The notes beneath the pieces are model-generated. The model searched no databases. It saw nothing but the letters and a program-made list of their open reading frames with translations, and was not told the DNA's origin. From contig OY729428.2 of NCBI GenBank assembly GCA_963422375.2, forward strand, positions 768,001 to 832,000: DNA of 64,000 bases, given 5' to 3'. This DNA is from Bryobacterales bacterium (GTDB taxonomy: Bacteria; Acidobacteriota; Terriglobia; Bryobacterales; UBA6623). The position numbers were made by a program, and so were the translations under genes. Below, in pieces: positions 42,178-52,514 of this stretch; the stretch's first letter is position 1; each line of letters begins with the position of its first letter.

Positions 42178-44544
42178 ATGACTTGGCTAACGCGTTGCTG
42201 GGCTGCCTTAGCCCTCGCCATGGCGCTGCTCGCCCCGCCTGCGTCCGCGGGACGGGAGATCAGCGGTCTGCTCACTGGCCCGGACGGCTTCCCCATCGCG
42301 GGCGCGAGCGTAGAAGTCATTGAAACGAAGGACGTTGCCCGTACCGACAGCCTCGGCGCATACCGCTTGGAGAGCGTGCCCGAGGGCGCGGTCACGTTGC
42401 GCGTGACGTCCGCGCCATTCGAGCCGGCGGAGTTCAAGGCCCGGCCCGGCGAGACGCGCCTAGCGCTGGAGCTCACCGTTCTCAAGAGAGCCTTGGCTGC
42501 GATCGAGGTCGTCGCCACAGCGGAGGGCCTGCGGACCGCAATCCCCGGCTCGCTGCATCGCATTGGCAGGAACGAGCTCGCTGCCTCCAAGCCGATCGAC
42601 GCGAACGAAGTGCTGCGCCGGGTGCCGGGCGTCAACGTGCGTGAGGACTCGGGTCCAGTCGGGATGCGGCTCAACATCGGCATGCGCGGGCTCAATCCGA
42701 ATCGCAGCCGCAAGGTCCTGATGCTCGAGGACGGCCTCCCGGTCGCTCTCGCGCCGTACGGCGAGCCGGATATGTACTACTCGCCGCCCATTGAGCGGAT
42801 GATCCGCGTCGAAATCCTCAAGGGCAGCGGGCAGATCGCTCACGGGCCGCAGACTGTCGGCGGCATAGTCAACTTCGTCACGCCGGATCCGCCATCGAAG
42901 TTCCACGTGGAGGCGGACCTCGAAGGCGGGCAGCGGGGCCTGTTTGTCGGCCAGGCGTCCGTGGGCAGCAGCAGCCGTGACCAGACGATCGGATGGATTG
43001 CAAGCTACTTGCACAAGCAGGGGGATGGCTGGCGGGACTTCTACTACGACATCGAGGACGTCCAGGCCAAGTTCAGCGTGCGGCCGAACGAGCGACACGC
43101 CATCGCGCTCAAGGCAGGCCTCTACGGCGAGACCTCGAATTCGACCTATCTCGGCCTCACCGCGCCGATGTTCGAGGCCGACGCGAATCAGAATCCCGTT
43201 CCGGCGGACACGCTCGAGGTGGAGCGGCGCTCCGGCACGGTCTCCCACGCCTACACGGTCAGTCCCGACGCCGTAGTGAGCAGCGCGGCGTTCCTGTACA
43301 GCACGACGCGCTTCTGGGGCCGGCAGGACTTCGACCGCTCGGACAAGGGTCACGCCTATCTCCGAGTGGTCGGGAACCCCGGCGTCCCGGGCGGAGCGAT
43401 CTTCCTGCGAGACTCCGCGGGGAATCGCAACCGCTCGTTCGATGTCTTTGGCGCCCAGTCGAATCTGGGACTGCAGCACTCGCTCGGATTCCTCGACCTC
43501 GGCGCGCGGTACATCCACGAGCGGGCCCGCGACCGGCGCGTGAACGGCACGCGGCACGACGCTAGGAACGGAGTCGTCCGCGATGACGAGTACCGCTACG
43601 GCAACGCACTGGCCGGCTACGTCCAGAATCGCTTCCGGCTCGGCCCGCGGATCCAGCTGACGCCCGGGGTGCGCTTCGTCCGGTACAACCAAGAGCGGCA
43701 CATTAGGCGCAAGCGCGTCGCAGGCAAGCCCACCGCTGTCGATGTCCGGCAGGACAACGGCGTGACTACCGCCATTCCGGGCCTAGGTGTCTCGGTGCGG
43801 GCACACGACGGCGTGTCCTTCTTCGCCGGCGTTCACCGCGGCTTCGCCCCTCCGGCAACCAAGGTCGCGATCACCAGCGACGGCCAGAACCTCGACCTCG
43901 ATTCCGAGCTCTCGTGGAACTACGAAGCGGGCGCGCGCCTGGCCGGCTCGAGGGCCGTGACGGGCGAGTTCACCGTGTTCCGCATGGATTTCTCCAACCA
44001 GATCATTTCCGCTGCCGAGTCCGGCGGGGCGACCACGACCGTGACCAACGGAGGCGCCACCCTGCATCAGGGATTCGAGAGCTGCGTCCGGGTGCATTGG
44101 GACAAAGCCGCCGACTGGACGGGATGGAGCCTATATACCGACGTGCGACACATGTACCTGCCGACCGCGAGGTTCACGGACAACGCCTTGTTCGGCGGAA
44201 ATCGCCTGCCCTATGCTCCGAAGCACACATTCGGGTTCGTCCTCGCGGCGAGGCAGTACGACGGCCTGAGCCTGCAATTCGACCTGAACGCCGTCGCGGG
44301 GCAATTCGGGGATAACGAGGAGACGGTCGAGCCCTCGGCCGACGGCACGGTCGGTCGCCTGCCGTCCTACCAAGTGGCCAACCTGTCCGTCGGCTACGAG
44401 ATTCAGCGCGAGCGATGGACGCTCGAGCCCTACTTCACCGTGAAGAATGCCTTCGACGCGCTCTACATCGCGTCACGGGCGCCACAGGGAATCCAGCCGG
44501 GTCTGTTTCGCCAGGTCAATGGAGGCATACGAATCGGATTCTAG
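42178..44544 (+). CDS. FecA-like TonB-dependent receptor (iron/metal complex uptake)
   Basis: LRRVPGV, NIGMRGLNPNRSRKVLMLEDG.P...APYG, EILKGSG..GPQTVGG.VN, GNRLPYAP, C-terminal F. Confidence 0.9.
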   Translation: MTWLTRCWAALALAMALLAPPASAGREISGLLTGPDGFPIAGASVEVIETKDVARTDSLGAYRLESVPEGAVTLRVTSAPFEPAEFKARPGETRLALELTVLKRALAAIEVVATAEGLRTAIPGSLHRIGRNELAASKPIDANEVLRRVPGVNVREDSGPVGMRLNIGMRGLNPNRSRKVLMLEDGLPVALAPYGEPDMYYSPPIERMIRVEILKGSGQIAHGPQTVGGIVNFVTPDPPSKFHVEADLEGGQRGLFVGQASVGSSSRDQTIGWIASYLHKQGDGWRDFYYDIEDVQAKFSVRPNERHAIALKAGLYGETSNSTYLGLTAPMFEADANQNPVPADTLEVERRSGTVSHAYTVSPDAVVSSAAFLYSTTRFWGRQDFDRSDKGHAYLRVVGNPGVPGGAIFLRDSAGNRNRSFDVFGAQSNLGLQHSLGFLDLGARYIHERARDRRVNGTRHDARNGVVRDDEYRYGNALAGYVQNRFRLGPRIQLTPGVRFVRYNQERHIRRKRVAGKPTAVDVRQDNGVTTAIPGLGVSVRAHDGVSFFAGVHRGFAPPATKVAITSDGQNLDLDSELSWNYEAGARLAGSRAVTGEFTVFRMDFSNQIISAAESGGATTTVTNGGATLHQGFESCVRVHWDKAADWTGWSLYTDVRHMYLPTARFTDNALFGGNRLPYAPKHTFGFVLAARQYDGLSLQFDLNAVAGQFGDNEETVEPSADGTVGRLPSYQVANLSVGYEIQRERWTLEPYFTVKNAFDALYIASRAPQGIQPGLFRQVNGGIRIGF

Positions 44545-44690
44545 CCCTCTGCTAGCGACCCCGGGGCCGCTGCACGGGCACAGCGGAGCGCATGGAATCA
44601 TGCCTGCCTGCAAGCACAGTCCGCCAGTCATCGATTGGCGGTCGCCGCCGGCGGCTCCCTCGCCCGACATCGGATCCATCGCTATCCGCG

Positions 44691-46074
44691 CCCATCTTTC
44701 GATTTCGAGCCTAGCCTGACACCGAGAATCGGCGGATTTCAGCCGGTCCGGCGTCCTGAATCGACTGTGTCGGTTCATTTGTTCTTCATATATTCCTGTG
44801 GATTCGAATGCCGCCCGCTCGGAATATCGGTTTTCTGCCGGTCGGGCCCTCATCCTCGATGTAGTGACCACGTAATGACTACTCGCTGCGCGGAGATCGC
44901 CCGGGATGCACGATCAAGGCGTGTTCGTGCAACGCGGCGAGACCCGCGCCAAGGGAGCCGCCGGGGGCGTCTCCTACCGCCTGGTCCCTTCCCGACGCGA
45001 GCCCCGCGGCAAGGTGCGCCAGTTCGTCCTGGCCCATTTCCCCGCCGGCCTCGAAGACCGCGTGCCCAAGGGCTATTGACCGCGTCTCGCCGCCGCCATC
45101 CGCGACCGGCTCGCCGTCCAGGCCCGCCTGCCCGGCGAGCCCGAGGCCGATCCAGAGCGCCTCCGGCTGGGCATGGCCCGGATCCTGGCCCGCGCCCTGG
45201 ATCCGTCCAGCGAGCGGGAGCCCCCCCCCCCCCCCGCTGGCTGCGCCACGATTCCGCCCTCGACGAAATGCTGCGGCTGCCTCCCGGCGACCTCGCCGCC
45301 GACGCCCTGCGACAGGGGCGCGAGCGGATCGAGCGCACGCTGTTCGCCCGCGAGCGCGAGCTGTTCGGCATCGAGCCGCGCACCGTCTCATGTGTCGCGC
45401 AAGGTGGGGCGGCTCGAGGAGCCGGACAAGCTGGTGGCGTGCCAGTACACGGTCACGGTGGAAGCCGGGGAGAAGGGCCGGGCGGCCGCGGTGCGGTGGG
45501 AGCCCGACCGGATCCAGGGCACGAGCCTGCTGCGCACCAGCCGGGTCGAGTGGGACGAGGCCCGGATCGTGCGCTAGTACCACCGTCTGGCGGACATCGA
45601 GGCGACGTGCCGGTCCTTCAAGGAGGAGCTGGGCCTGCGCCCCTGTGCCACCGCCCGGGCCGGCGGGTTGCGGGGCACCTGTTCCTGACCGTGCTGGCCT
45701 ACCACATGGTCCATGCCCTGCGGTACCGCCTGCGCATGCACCGCTTGCGGCACTGCTGAAAATCGATCCGCGAGCGCATGCGGACCCGGGTACGCCTGCC
45801 GACGGAGATGCGCACGGCGGACGGCAAGGCGTGGAGACAGCGGCCGGACGCGGACCCAAACAACGAGCAGGCTCGCATCGCCGCCGCGACGGGCGTGAGC
45901 TTCCGGCGGCACCGCCGGACGGTGCCGGTACCGGCCTCGGAATTCCCGGCCGACGGGGGAGCGCAGCGGCCCAAGACCACAGAGTGTAGTGACCGCGAAT
46001 CCGCTTCGCGAAAACTCAAGTGAATGAGATGAACGACGTACAGGTGCGCGTTCTAAGAGTCCTCGCAACTTGGG
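44691..46074 (+). mobile_element. IS1634-family element remnant with degraded transposase
   Basis: Fragments WLRHDSALDEML, IERTLFARERELF, LADIEATCRSFKEELGLRP, GHLFLTVLAYHMVH; several frameshifts; weak IRs CCCATCTTTCGA / TCGCAACTTGGG; ends approximate. Confidence 0.78.
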
Positions 46075-46420
46075 TGGCAGGGCACCGCAGCCTAGACCCC
46101 CAGCACGGCCGTCCTGCGATGAGCAGGGGCCGGGTGGCGCGACTAGGCACCGCTCTCCAAGAACTGGCCCACGGCAGGCGGCGCCCGCACGCCTACTCGG
46201 CCGCGGGATACCTGCCCTCGCCGCTCCGGCACCTAGCGCTTCGGGCCGTGGCGCGAGGCAGGCTGCGGGAGCTCCAGCGCCTGACGCGTCTTAGCCCCGC
46301 CATCCAGTCCGTCTGCGCCGTCTGCGTGCGAAGGAATTGACTTCATCGGCCTGCAACCGGCCACTCTCCTGCCTCGGAAGCCGTTGATCGTGAATCAGGA
46401 ACGCCTGCCATGGAGGCAGC

Positions 46421-48600
46421 ATGCGCTCTTCAACATCTATGGTGTGTCTGGCGGAGGCTCTAGCTGACCGACCGGCAATCCAGGGGCGCAGCGGATCGCT
46501 GTCGCGTTTCCGTGCGGCGTTCGCGACCGCTGCGCTTCTCGGCCTTCCGCTCGGGCTGGAAGCGACAGACTGGCGTATCGAAACAATCGCCGGTGTGCCC
46601 GAGGCGCACCCTGTAGGTCGGGACCACATTCTGGCGACCGAAGCCCGGCTGCGTCATCCGAAGGGCGTGGCGGTGGACCGGCGAGGATTCGTCTACATTG
46701 CCGACATGGCCAGCAGCGTGGTGCGCGTGCTGGACACAGAAGGGAATCTGCGCAGCTTCGCAGGGTCCGGAATTAGGGGCCATGCGGGTGACGGAGGCAT
46801 AGCCAACGCGGCCCAGCTCAACTACCCCATGGATGTCGCAGTGCATGACGACCCCTTCACGGGCGTCACGGCGTTTATCGCGGACACCAACAACAACATT
46901 GTTCGGCGGGTCGACGCAAACCACGCAATCACAACTGTGGCGGGGTCGGGTGTGAAGGGATTCGACCCAGCTCACGAGGGAGGGCGTGCAACCGGAGCCT
47001 CGCTCGATGCGCCCTACGGCGTCGCCGTGGACCGGGCCGGCGCGACACTCTACATAGCCGATTCCGGAAATCACCGGATCCGCAAGGTAGACCTATTACG
47101 CAACATCCCAACAATTAGCACCCTTGCCGGCTGCGGAGTCTGCGAACGAATCGACGACACCGATGCGCCGCAGGCTACCGCCGTGCGGCTCGGCAATCCG
47201 AAGGGCGTGGCTCTCGGCGAAGCCGCCAACGTCCTCTACATCGCCGACTTTGGCAACAACCGCGTCCGCATGCTGGATCTCTCTACCAGGCGCATCACGA
47301 CCGTCGAGGCCACGAGGCCGGACGATAGTCGAGTCGGCCCGACCAGGTCGCGCCCGTGGTCCTAGGGCCCAAGGACGTAGCCGTTGACGCGGCCGGCAAT
47401 CTCTATATTGCCGAAGAGGGCTGGTCCCGGATTCTCAAGGTTGACGGCAACCGGACGCTCAGCACGTTTGCGGGCACGAGGAACCGGGCCGACTACGGAG
47501 GCGACGGCCCCGCTGGCGGCCAGAACGCGTTGTTCAATAGCCCGCAAGGCATTGCCGTGGACGCGAACGGGCGCGTTTACGTGGGTGACACGAAGAATCA
47601 CCGCATCCGGGCGCTCTCGAGTGTGGCCGACGGCATTCGGGGCGACACGGTGGCTGGATTCGGGATCGCACGCTTCAGCGGGGACTATGGCCCCGCTGCT
47701 CTCGCGAAGCTCAGCGCGCCGACGGGTGTCGCAGTGGATCACCGGGCCAGCGCTCTTTTCATCGCCGACTGGGGCAACCGCCGACTCCGTAGAGTGGATC
47801 TCCAGACGGCCACGCGGACAATTTCGACGGTCGAGTGGGACGGACCCGATCCGTTGAATCCGCTGCGGTTGAAGTGGGCCAACCACGTCGCCGTGGACAA
47901 GGATGACGCACGCATCTACATTGCAGATTCAGACGCCTCTCAGGTATTCGAGGTGATTCCATCGAAGCGGAAAATCGTTTCCCTCGCTGGACCTGCCTCT
48001 CCGGGCATCGTGACTCGATTCCGCCCGGCGGGAATCGCTTATGGCGAAGTCGCGGGCGAGAGGGTCCTGTTCGCGTCGAGTTGCCCTGGTCATGCCGTGT
48101 ACAGTATCATGCTACCGGGCAGTCCGCAGGGCGGAGGCGGCAGGGGCTTCGACCCGACCGGTCACGACCGGCTGGCGGTGGGGGCAAAAATGTCGTACCC
48201 TCACGGCTTGGCCCTCGACAGTGCCGGCCGGAACCTCTACATCGCAAGCACCGCAGCGAACGTCGTGCGCAAGCTGGACTTGGACCGAGGACGAATTACC
48301 ACTGTCGCCGGCACGGGGCAGCTTGGATTCAGCGGGGATGGCGGGCCCGCTACTCGGGCGCGGCTCAACAGCCCAATTGCATTGGCATTCGACCGCGACG
48401 GCAACCTATTCGTTGCCGACATGTACAACCACCGGATCCGAATGATCGATTTTTCCGTCGCGCCCCTGTGATTTCCACGGTTGCGGGAACCGGCGTCCCC
48501 GGCTACACCATTCACTGGACTGGATCCGCAACTAGGGGCCGCATCAATGCCCCGCAGGCGCTGGCTTACGACGAAACCAACGACCACCTCTATTTCGTAT
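46421..48600 (+). pseudogene. Exported NHL-repeat (teneurin-like) protein split by two frameshifts and truncated
   Basis: Repeats such as P.GVAVD..G.LYIAD..N.RIR and ITTVAG.G..G.SGDGG.A continue across ORFs 46421-47365, 47356-48471 and a third frame to about 48600. Confidence 0.85.
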
Positions 48601-49403
48601 TGCGCATCGCGAGTGAACAGCGTCGTGCGGCGTCTTGTCCCGACACCCTAGCGCGGTCTGGGGCGCCAGCCAATTCATGCTGGCTTGCGGTTCGCGTCCA
48701 GCGAAACCTGTTCCGTCCAGGCAATGGAGCATTCGCGGCGAATCGCTCCCGGGACGGATTCGGGGTCCCGGATTCCAAGGGCTCAAGGGTCGGCACGAGC
48801 GATCTTGAACGAGGCGCAGGGACGAATCCGGCACGGAGGGTCACGTGAGTGCGTTCCTGGGCCCGGCGGGGCTTGCCAAGCTCAGACCTAACCGAAGGGT
48901 TTGGCGGGACGATTGCAACGCGACCTCTGGAGCCAGCGTCTCGGGGCCCGGCCTTTCGAGGGCGTCTCGCCTGCCTACTGAGTGCCCGGAAGACCTGCAC
49001 TTGCGAAGTTGCTGACGGGCCCGGGCCGTTCCGGCATCAGGCCGGGCGATTCACCGGAAGAAGCGCGCATTCGGCAGGTACCCGCGCCTTCCGCCGCCTG
49101 AACGCTGGAGCCCCGGGACCTCCCGGCGCCCTCGCCCGAGACCCGAATGGAGACAGTACCTCGTCCGACCGAAGGGTGCCCGGCACTTCGCTTTGGCGAC
49201 AGCCCCCGCGCTGCGAGAGTCGATGGTAACGACCGTGTTCCGCCGTTTCCGGTTCCCCTGGGGTCAGGCCCCGCGCGCCGGCGGCCTGCGCGTGTCAGTC
49301 CAGACGTGCGACGGCGCTCGCGAGGCTGGTTGTCGATGCCGGCTTAGCCTGTCAAGGAACCTTCGGGCGGGACTGTTCGGTCGTACAATACGAGCGGCCG
49401 AAT

Positions 49404-50882
49404 ATGTCGCAATCCGAACTGAAGCATCCGGCACTGGACCGTCGCAAGTTCCTGGCCCTGTCGAGCGGGCTGGGCACGCTGCATGGCTGCGACGGCATGA
49501 GCGGTCCTTCCGAGCGCTCGCCCGACCGACCGCCGAACATCATATTCATCATGGCCGACGACCTCGGCTACGGCGAGCTGGGCTGCTACGGCCAGACTCG
49601 GATTCGAACGCCGAACATCGACAGAATGGCCGGCGAGGGCATGCAGTTCTCCGACGCCTATTCCGGATGCTCGGTCTGCGCTCCGGCGCGCTCCGTCCTG
49701 ATGACGGGCCTGCACATGGGACACACCTCCGTGCGCTCCAATCCGGGCGGCGTCCCCCTGCTCGCCAAGGACGTGACTGTAGCGGAACTGCTCAAGGAGC
49801 GGGGCTATGCGACCGGTGGTTTCGGCAAATGGGGTCTCGGCGACATCGGCACCGACGGCGTGCCTTGGCAGCAGGGCTTCGACGAGTTCGTGGGCTACCT
49901 GCACCAAGCGCATGCCCACTATTTCTACCCGCTGTATGTCTACGACAACGACCGCCGGCTGCACCTGCCGGGTAACGAAGGCGAGGGCCGCGGGACATTC
50001 TCCCACGACGTCATCGCCGAGCGTGCGCTGCGCTTCATTGAGGCGAACAAGGAGCGCCCGTTCTTCTGCTACGTGCCGTTCACCATTCCGCATGCCGAGT
50101 ACGTTGCTCCTGACGACGAGATCTACGCCAGCTACAGCGGAACCTTCGACGAGATCGAATTGCCCGTAAACCGCAACCGCCCCGGCCGCCTGATCCGGCC
50201 GGACGAGCCGCACGCTACTCTAGCTGCGATGATCACGCGCCTCGACCGCGACGTCGGGCGCATCCTGGACCTCGTCGCCACGCTCGGCTTGGACAGCAAC
50301 ACGGTCGTATTCTTCACTTCCGACAATGGCGCCGCGGCCTTAACGTGGACGGACTACTTCCGCAGCAGCGGCCCGTTGCGAGGCTTGAAGCGGACATTCT
50401 ACGAGGGGGGCATCCGCGTGCCCATGCTGGCACGCTGGCCGGGCCGGATAGAGCCCGGGTCGCGCAGCGACCATATTTGGGGATTCCAAGACTTCCTGCC
50501 AACGGCGACCGACCTAGCCGGAGCGGAAACGCGCCACGCGACGGACGGAATCTCGGTGGTACCGACGCTGCTCGGTGCTGGCGGCCAGCGGAGCCACGAA
50601 TATCTCTATTGGGAACTGCCTCGCTATTCCGGCGCGACGGGGGAGTTTGCTGACGAGGTCCCGGCCCAAGCGCTGCGCATGGGCCACTGGAAGGCGGTTC
50701 GACCGAACCCCAACGCGGACCTGCAACTCTACAACCTAGGCGATGACCCTAGCGAGACCCGCGACGTCGCCAGCGAGCAGCCCGCGGTCCTGGCCCGCGT
50801 GAAGCAGCTCTTGCGGGAGGCCCGCGAACCGCCCAGGCCGCAACGGGAACCGGATCACGTCTGGTGGGAGCGCAAGGGCTGA
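49404..50882 (+). CDS. Arylsulfatase with Tat-type signal
   Basis: LDRRKFL; PNIIFIMADDLGYG, CAPAR..LMTG, GKWGLG, SDNG, YEGGIRVP. Confidence 0.93.
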   Translation: MSQSELKHPALDRRKFLALSSGLGTLHGCDGMSGPSERSPDRPPNIIFIMADDLGYGELGCYGQTRIRTPNIDRMAGEGMQFSDAYSGCSVCAPARSVLMTGLHMGHTSVRSNPGGVPLLAKDVTVAELLKERGYATGGFGKWGLGDIGTDGVPWQQGFDEFVGYLHQAHAHYFYPLYVYDNDRRLHLPGNEGEGRGTFSHDVIAERALRFIEANKERPFFCYVPFTIPHAEYVAPDDEIYASYSGTFDEIELPVNRNRPGRLIRPDEPHATLAAMITRLDRDVGRILDLVATLGLDSNTVVFFTSDNGAAALTWTDYFRSSGPLRGLKRTFYEGGIRVPMLARWPGRIEPGSRSDHIWGFQDFLPTATDLAGAETRHATDGISVVPTLLGAGGQRSHEYLYWELPRYSGATGEFADEVPAQALRMGHWKAVRPNPNADLQLYNLGDDPSETRDVASEQPAVLARVKQLLREAREPPRPQREPDHVWWERKG

Positions 50883-50897
50883 ACGCCCGCCGTCCTC

Positions 50898-52439
50898 TCA
50901 GATTGGTCGGCTGCGGCCTCGGTCCTTATAGCGCTGCAGCAGCGCTCGCAGCTGCCGGACTACTTCCGGCCGCTCCTCATACAGGTTGCGGTTCTCATGT
51001 CGGTCCGCTTCAAGGTCGTAGAGCTGGGCGGGCGGGTCTCCCTCTTGCGGGCCCTCCCACTGGTCCGAGCCGGGCCCTTGGCCGTCAATGTACTTCCAAT
51101 TGCCCATGCGGATCGCGAAGATGCCATCCACGGAGTGATGAATCGTGGCCTCGCGCAGCGGCGCGTCGGCCTCCCCCAGCAGCGCCGGCAGGATGCTGAC
51201 GCTGTCCTCGGCCGCGTCCGCGGGCAGGTCGAAGCGGGCGATCTCCGCGGCCGTGGCCATCAGGTCCGTCAGGCAGATGGTCTGGTCGCTAGTCGAAGCG
51301 GGCGAAACGCGGGCGGGCCAGCTCGCAATGAACGGCATCCGGTGCCCTCCCTCCCAGACATCCCGCTTCTTGCCGCGCTGGATCGCGTGGTTCGCGTGAT
51401 GGCCGAACTCCTCGACATGGGCCGGATCCCACTCGGCGCCGTTGTCGCTGGTCACGATGAACAGCGTGTTCTCGAACTGCCCGGCACGCTCGAGAGCGTC
51501 CCTGAGCATACCGATCTGGGCGTCCACCTGCACCACGAAGTCGCCATACTTCCCCGCCCCGCTGCGGCCGACGAATTCCTCGGTCGGAACCCACGGCCAG
51601 TGCGGCGCCGGCAGGGGGAAGTAGAGGAAGAACGGCTGGTCGGGATGCTCGGCCCGCTCCTCGATGTAGCTCACGGCGTGCCTCGTCAGGTTCGGCAGCA
51701 CGTCGAAGAAATCGAAGTCCTCCGCCGCCTCCCCGGGACGCCAGAACACTGGGCCGTCGAAGCGCCCGGGCTCGTGGACCGTGGCCGGCTTCTCGCACTG
51801 GTTGTTCTCCACGTAGACGTACGGCGCCATGTCGAGCGAAGCGGGAATGATGTAGGAGTAGTCGAATCCCAAGGTCGCCGGGCCGTTCGTCACGGGCTTC
51901 GAGAAGTCGATTTGCAGTCCCGCGGGCTTCGAGAAATCCGAGGCCCCTTGGTAGGCCGCGGACTTGTCGCCCTCGTTCCAGCTCGCCGGCTCCGAGAGCG
52001 TCGACCAGTCGAGACCGAGGTGCCACTTGCCGATCACGGCCGTGTGGTAGCCCTGCTCGTGTAGCATGCTCGCCACGGTCATGCGCCCGGGCTCGATCAA
52101 GGCCCGCGAATAGCCGGACAGCACGCCCCGCTTGAGGGGCGAGCGCCATGCGTAGCGCCCCGTGACGACCCCGTACCTAGTCGGCGTGCAGACGGCGGAT
52201 CCCGAGTGCGCGTCTGTGAACCGCATGCCGGCGGCGGCCAGCGCGTCCATGGCCGGGGTCGGAATCTTCGAGTCGGGGTTGAAGCTCCGCGGATCGCCGT
52301 AGCCCATGTCGTCAGCCATCAGGAAGACGATGTTGGGCAGCCTGTCCGGCAACGGGGCCTCCGCCCCGCATGACACCAGCCCGAACGCGGCCAGGGCGAC
52401 GGCGAGAGGGCGCTTGATGCGAGATCCGACTCCGGGCAT
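50898..52439 (-). CDS. Arylsulfatase (lipoprotein)
   Basis: LVSC lipobox; PNIVFLMADDMGYGD, CTPTRY..TGRY, GKWHLG, SDNG, WEGGHR. Confidence 0.93.
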   Translation of the reverse strand: MPGVGSRIKRPLAVALAAFGLVSCGAEAPLPDRLPNIVFLMADDMGYGDPRSFNPDSKIPTPAMDALAAAGMRFTDAHSGSAVCTPTRYGVVTGRYAWRSPLKRGVLSGYSRALIEPGRMTVASMLHEQGYHTAVIGKWHLGLDWSTLSEPASWNEGDKSAAYQGASDFSKPAGLQIDFSKPVTNGPATLGFDYSYIIPASLDMAPYVYVENNQCEKPATVHEPGRFDGPVFWRPGEAAEDFDFFDVLPNLTRHAVSYIEERAEHPDQPFFLYFPLPAPHWPWVPTEEFVGRSGAGKYGDFVVQVDAQIGMLRDALERAGQFENTLFIVTSDNGAEWDPAHVEEFGHHANHAIQRGKKRDVWEGGHRMPFIASWPARVSPASTSDQTICLTDLMATAAEIARFDLPADAAEDSVSILPALLGEADAPLREATIHHSVDGIFAIRMGNWKYIDGQGPGSDQWEGPQEGDPPAQLYDLEADRHENRNLYEERPEVVRQLRALLQRYKDRGRSRPI

Positions 52440-52514
52440 GATCCTCTGTCGATTGTAGGGCATGCGGCCGGAGCGGCGCGGCTCGAGCGCCCCTGTAATA
52501 GACTCGGTTGCGCA

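Noticed and set aside
47335..47345. CGGCCCGACCA matching the tRNA-Pro 3' end as possible attR
   Set aside because: Only 11 bp, GC-rich, lies inside the NHL gene, and the same word occurs near 8146 inside a normal gene
48600..49400. 800-bp gap after the NHL gene
   Set aside because: No credible ORF, repeat or RNA motif recognisable by eye; left unannotated
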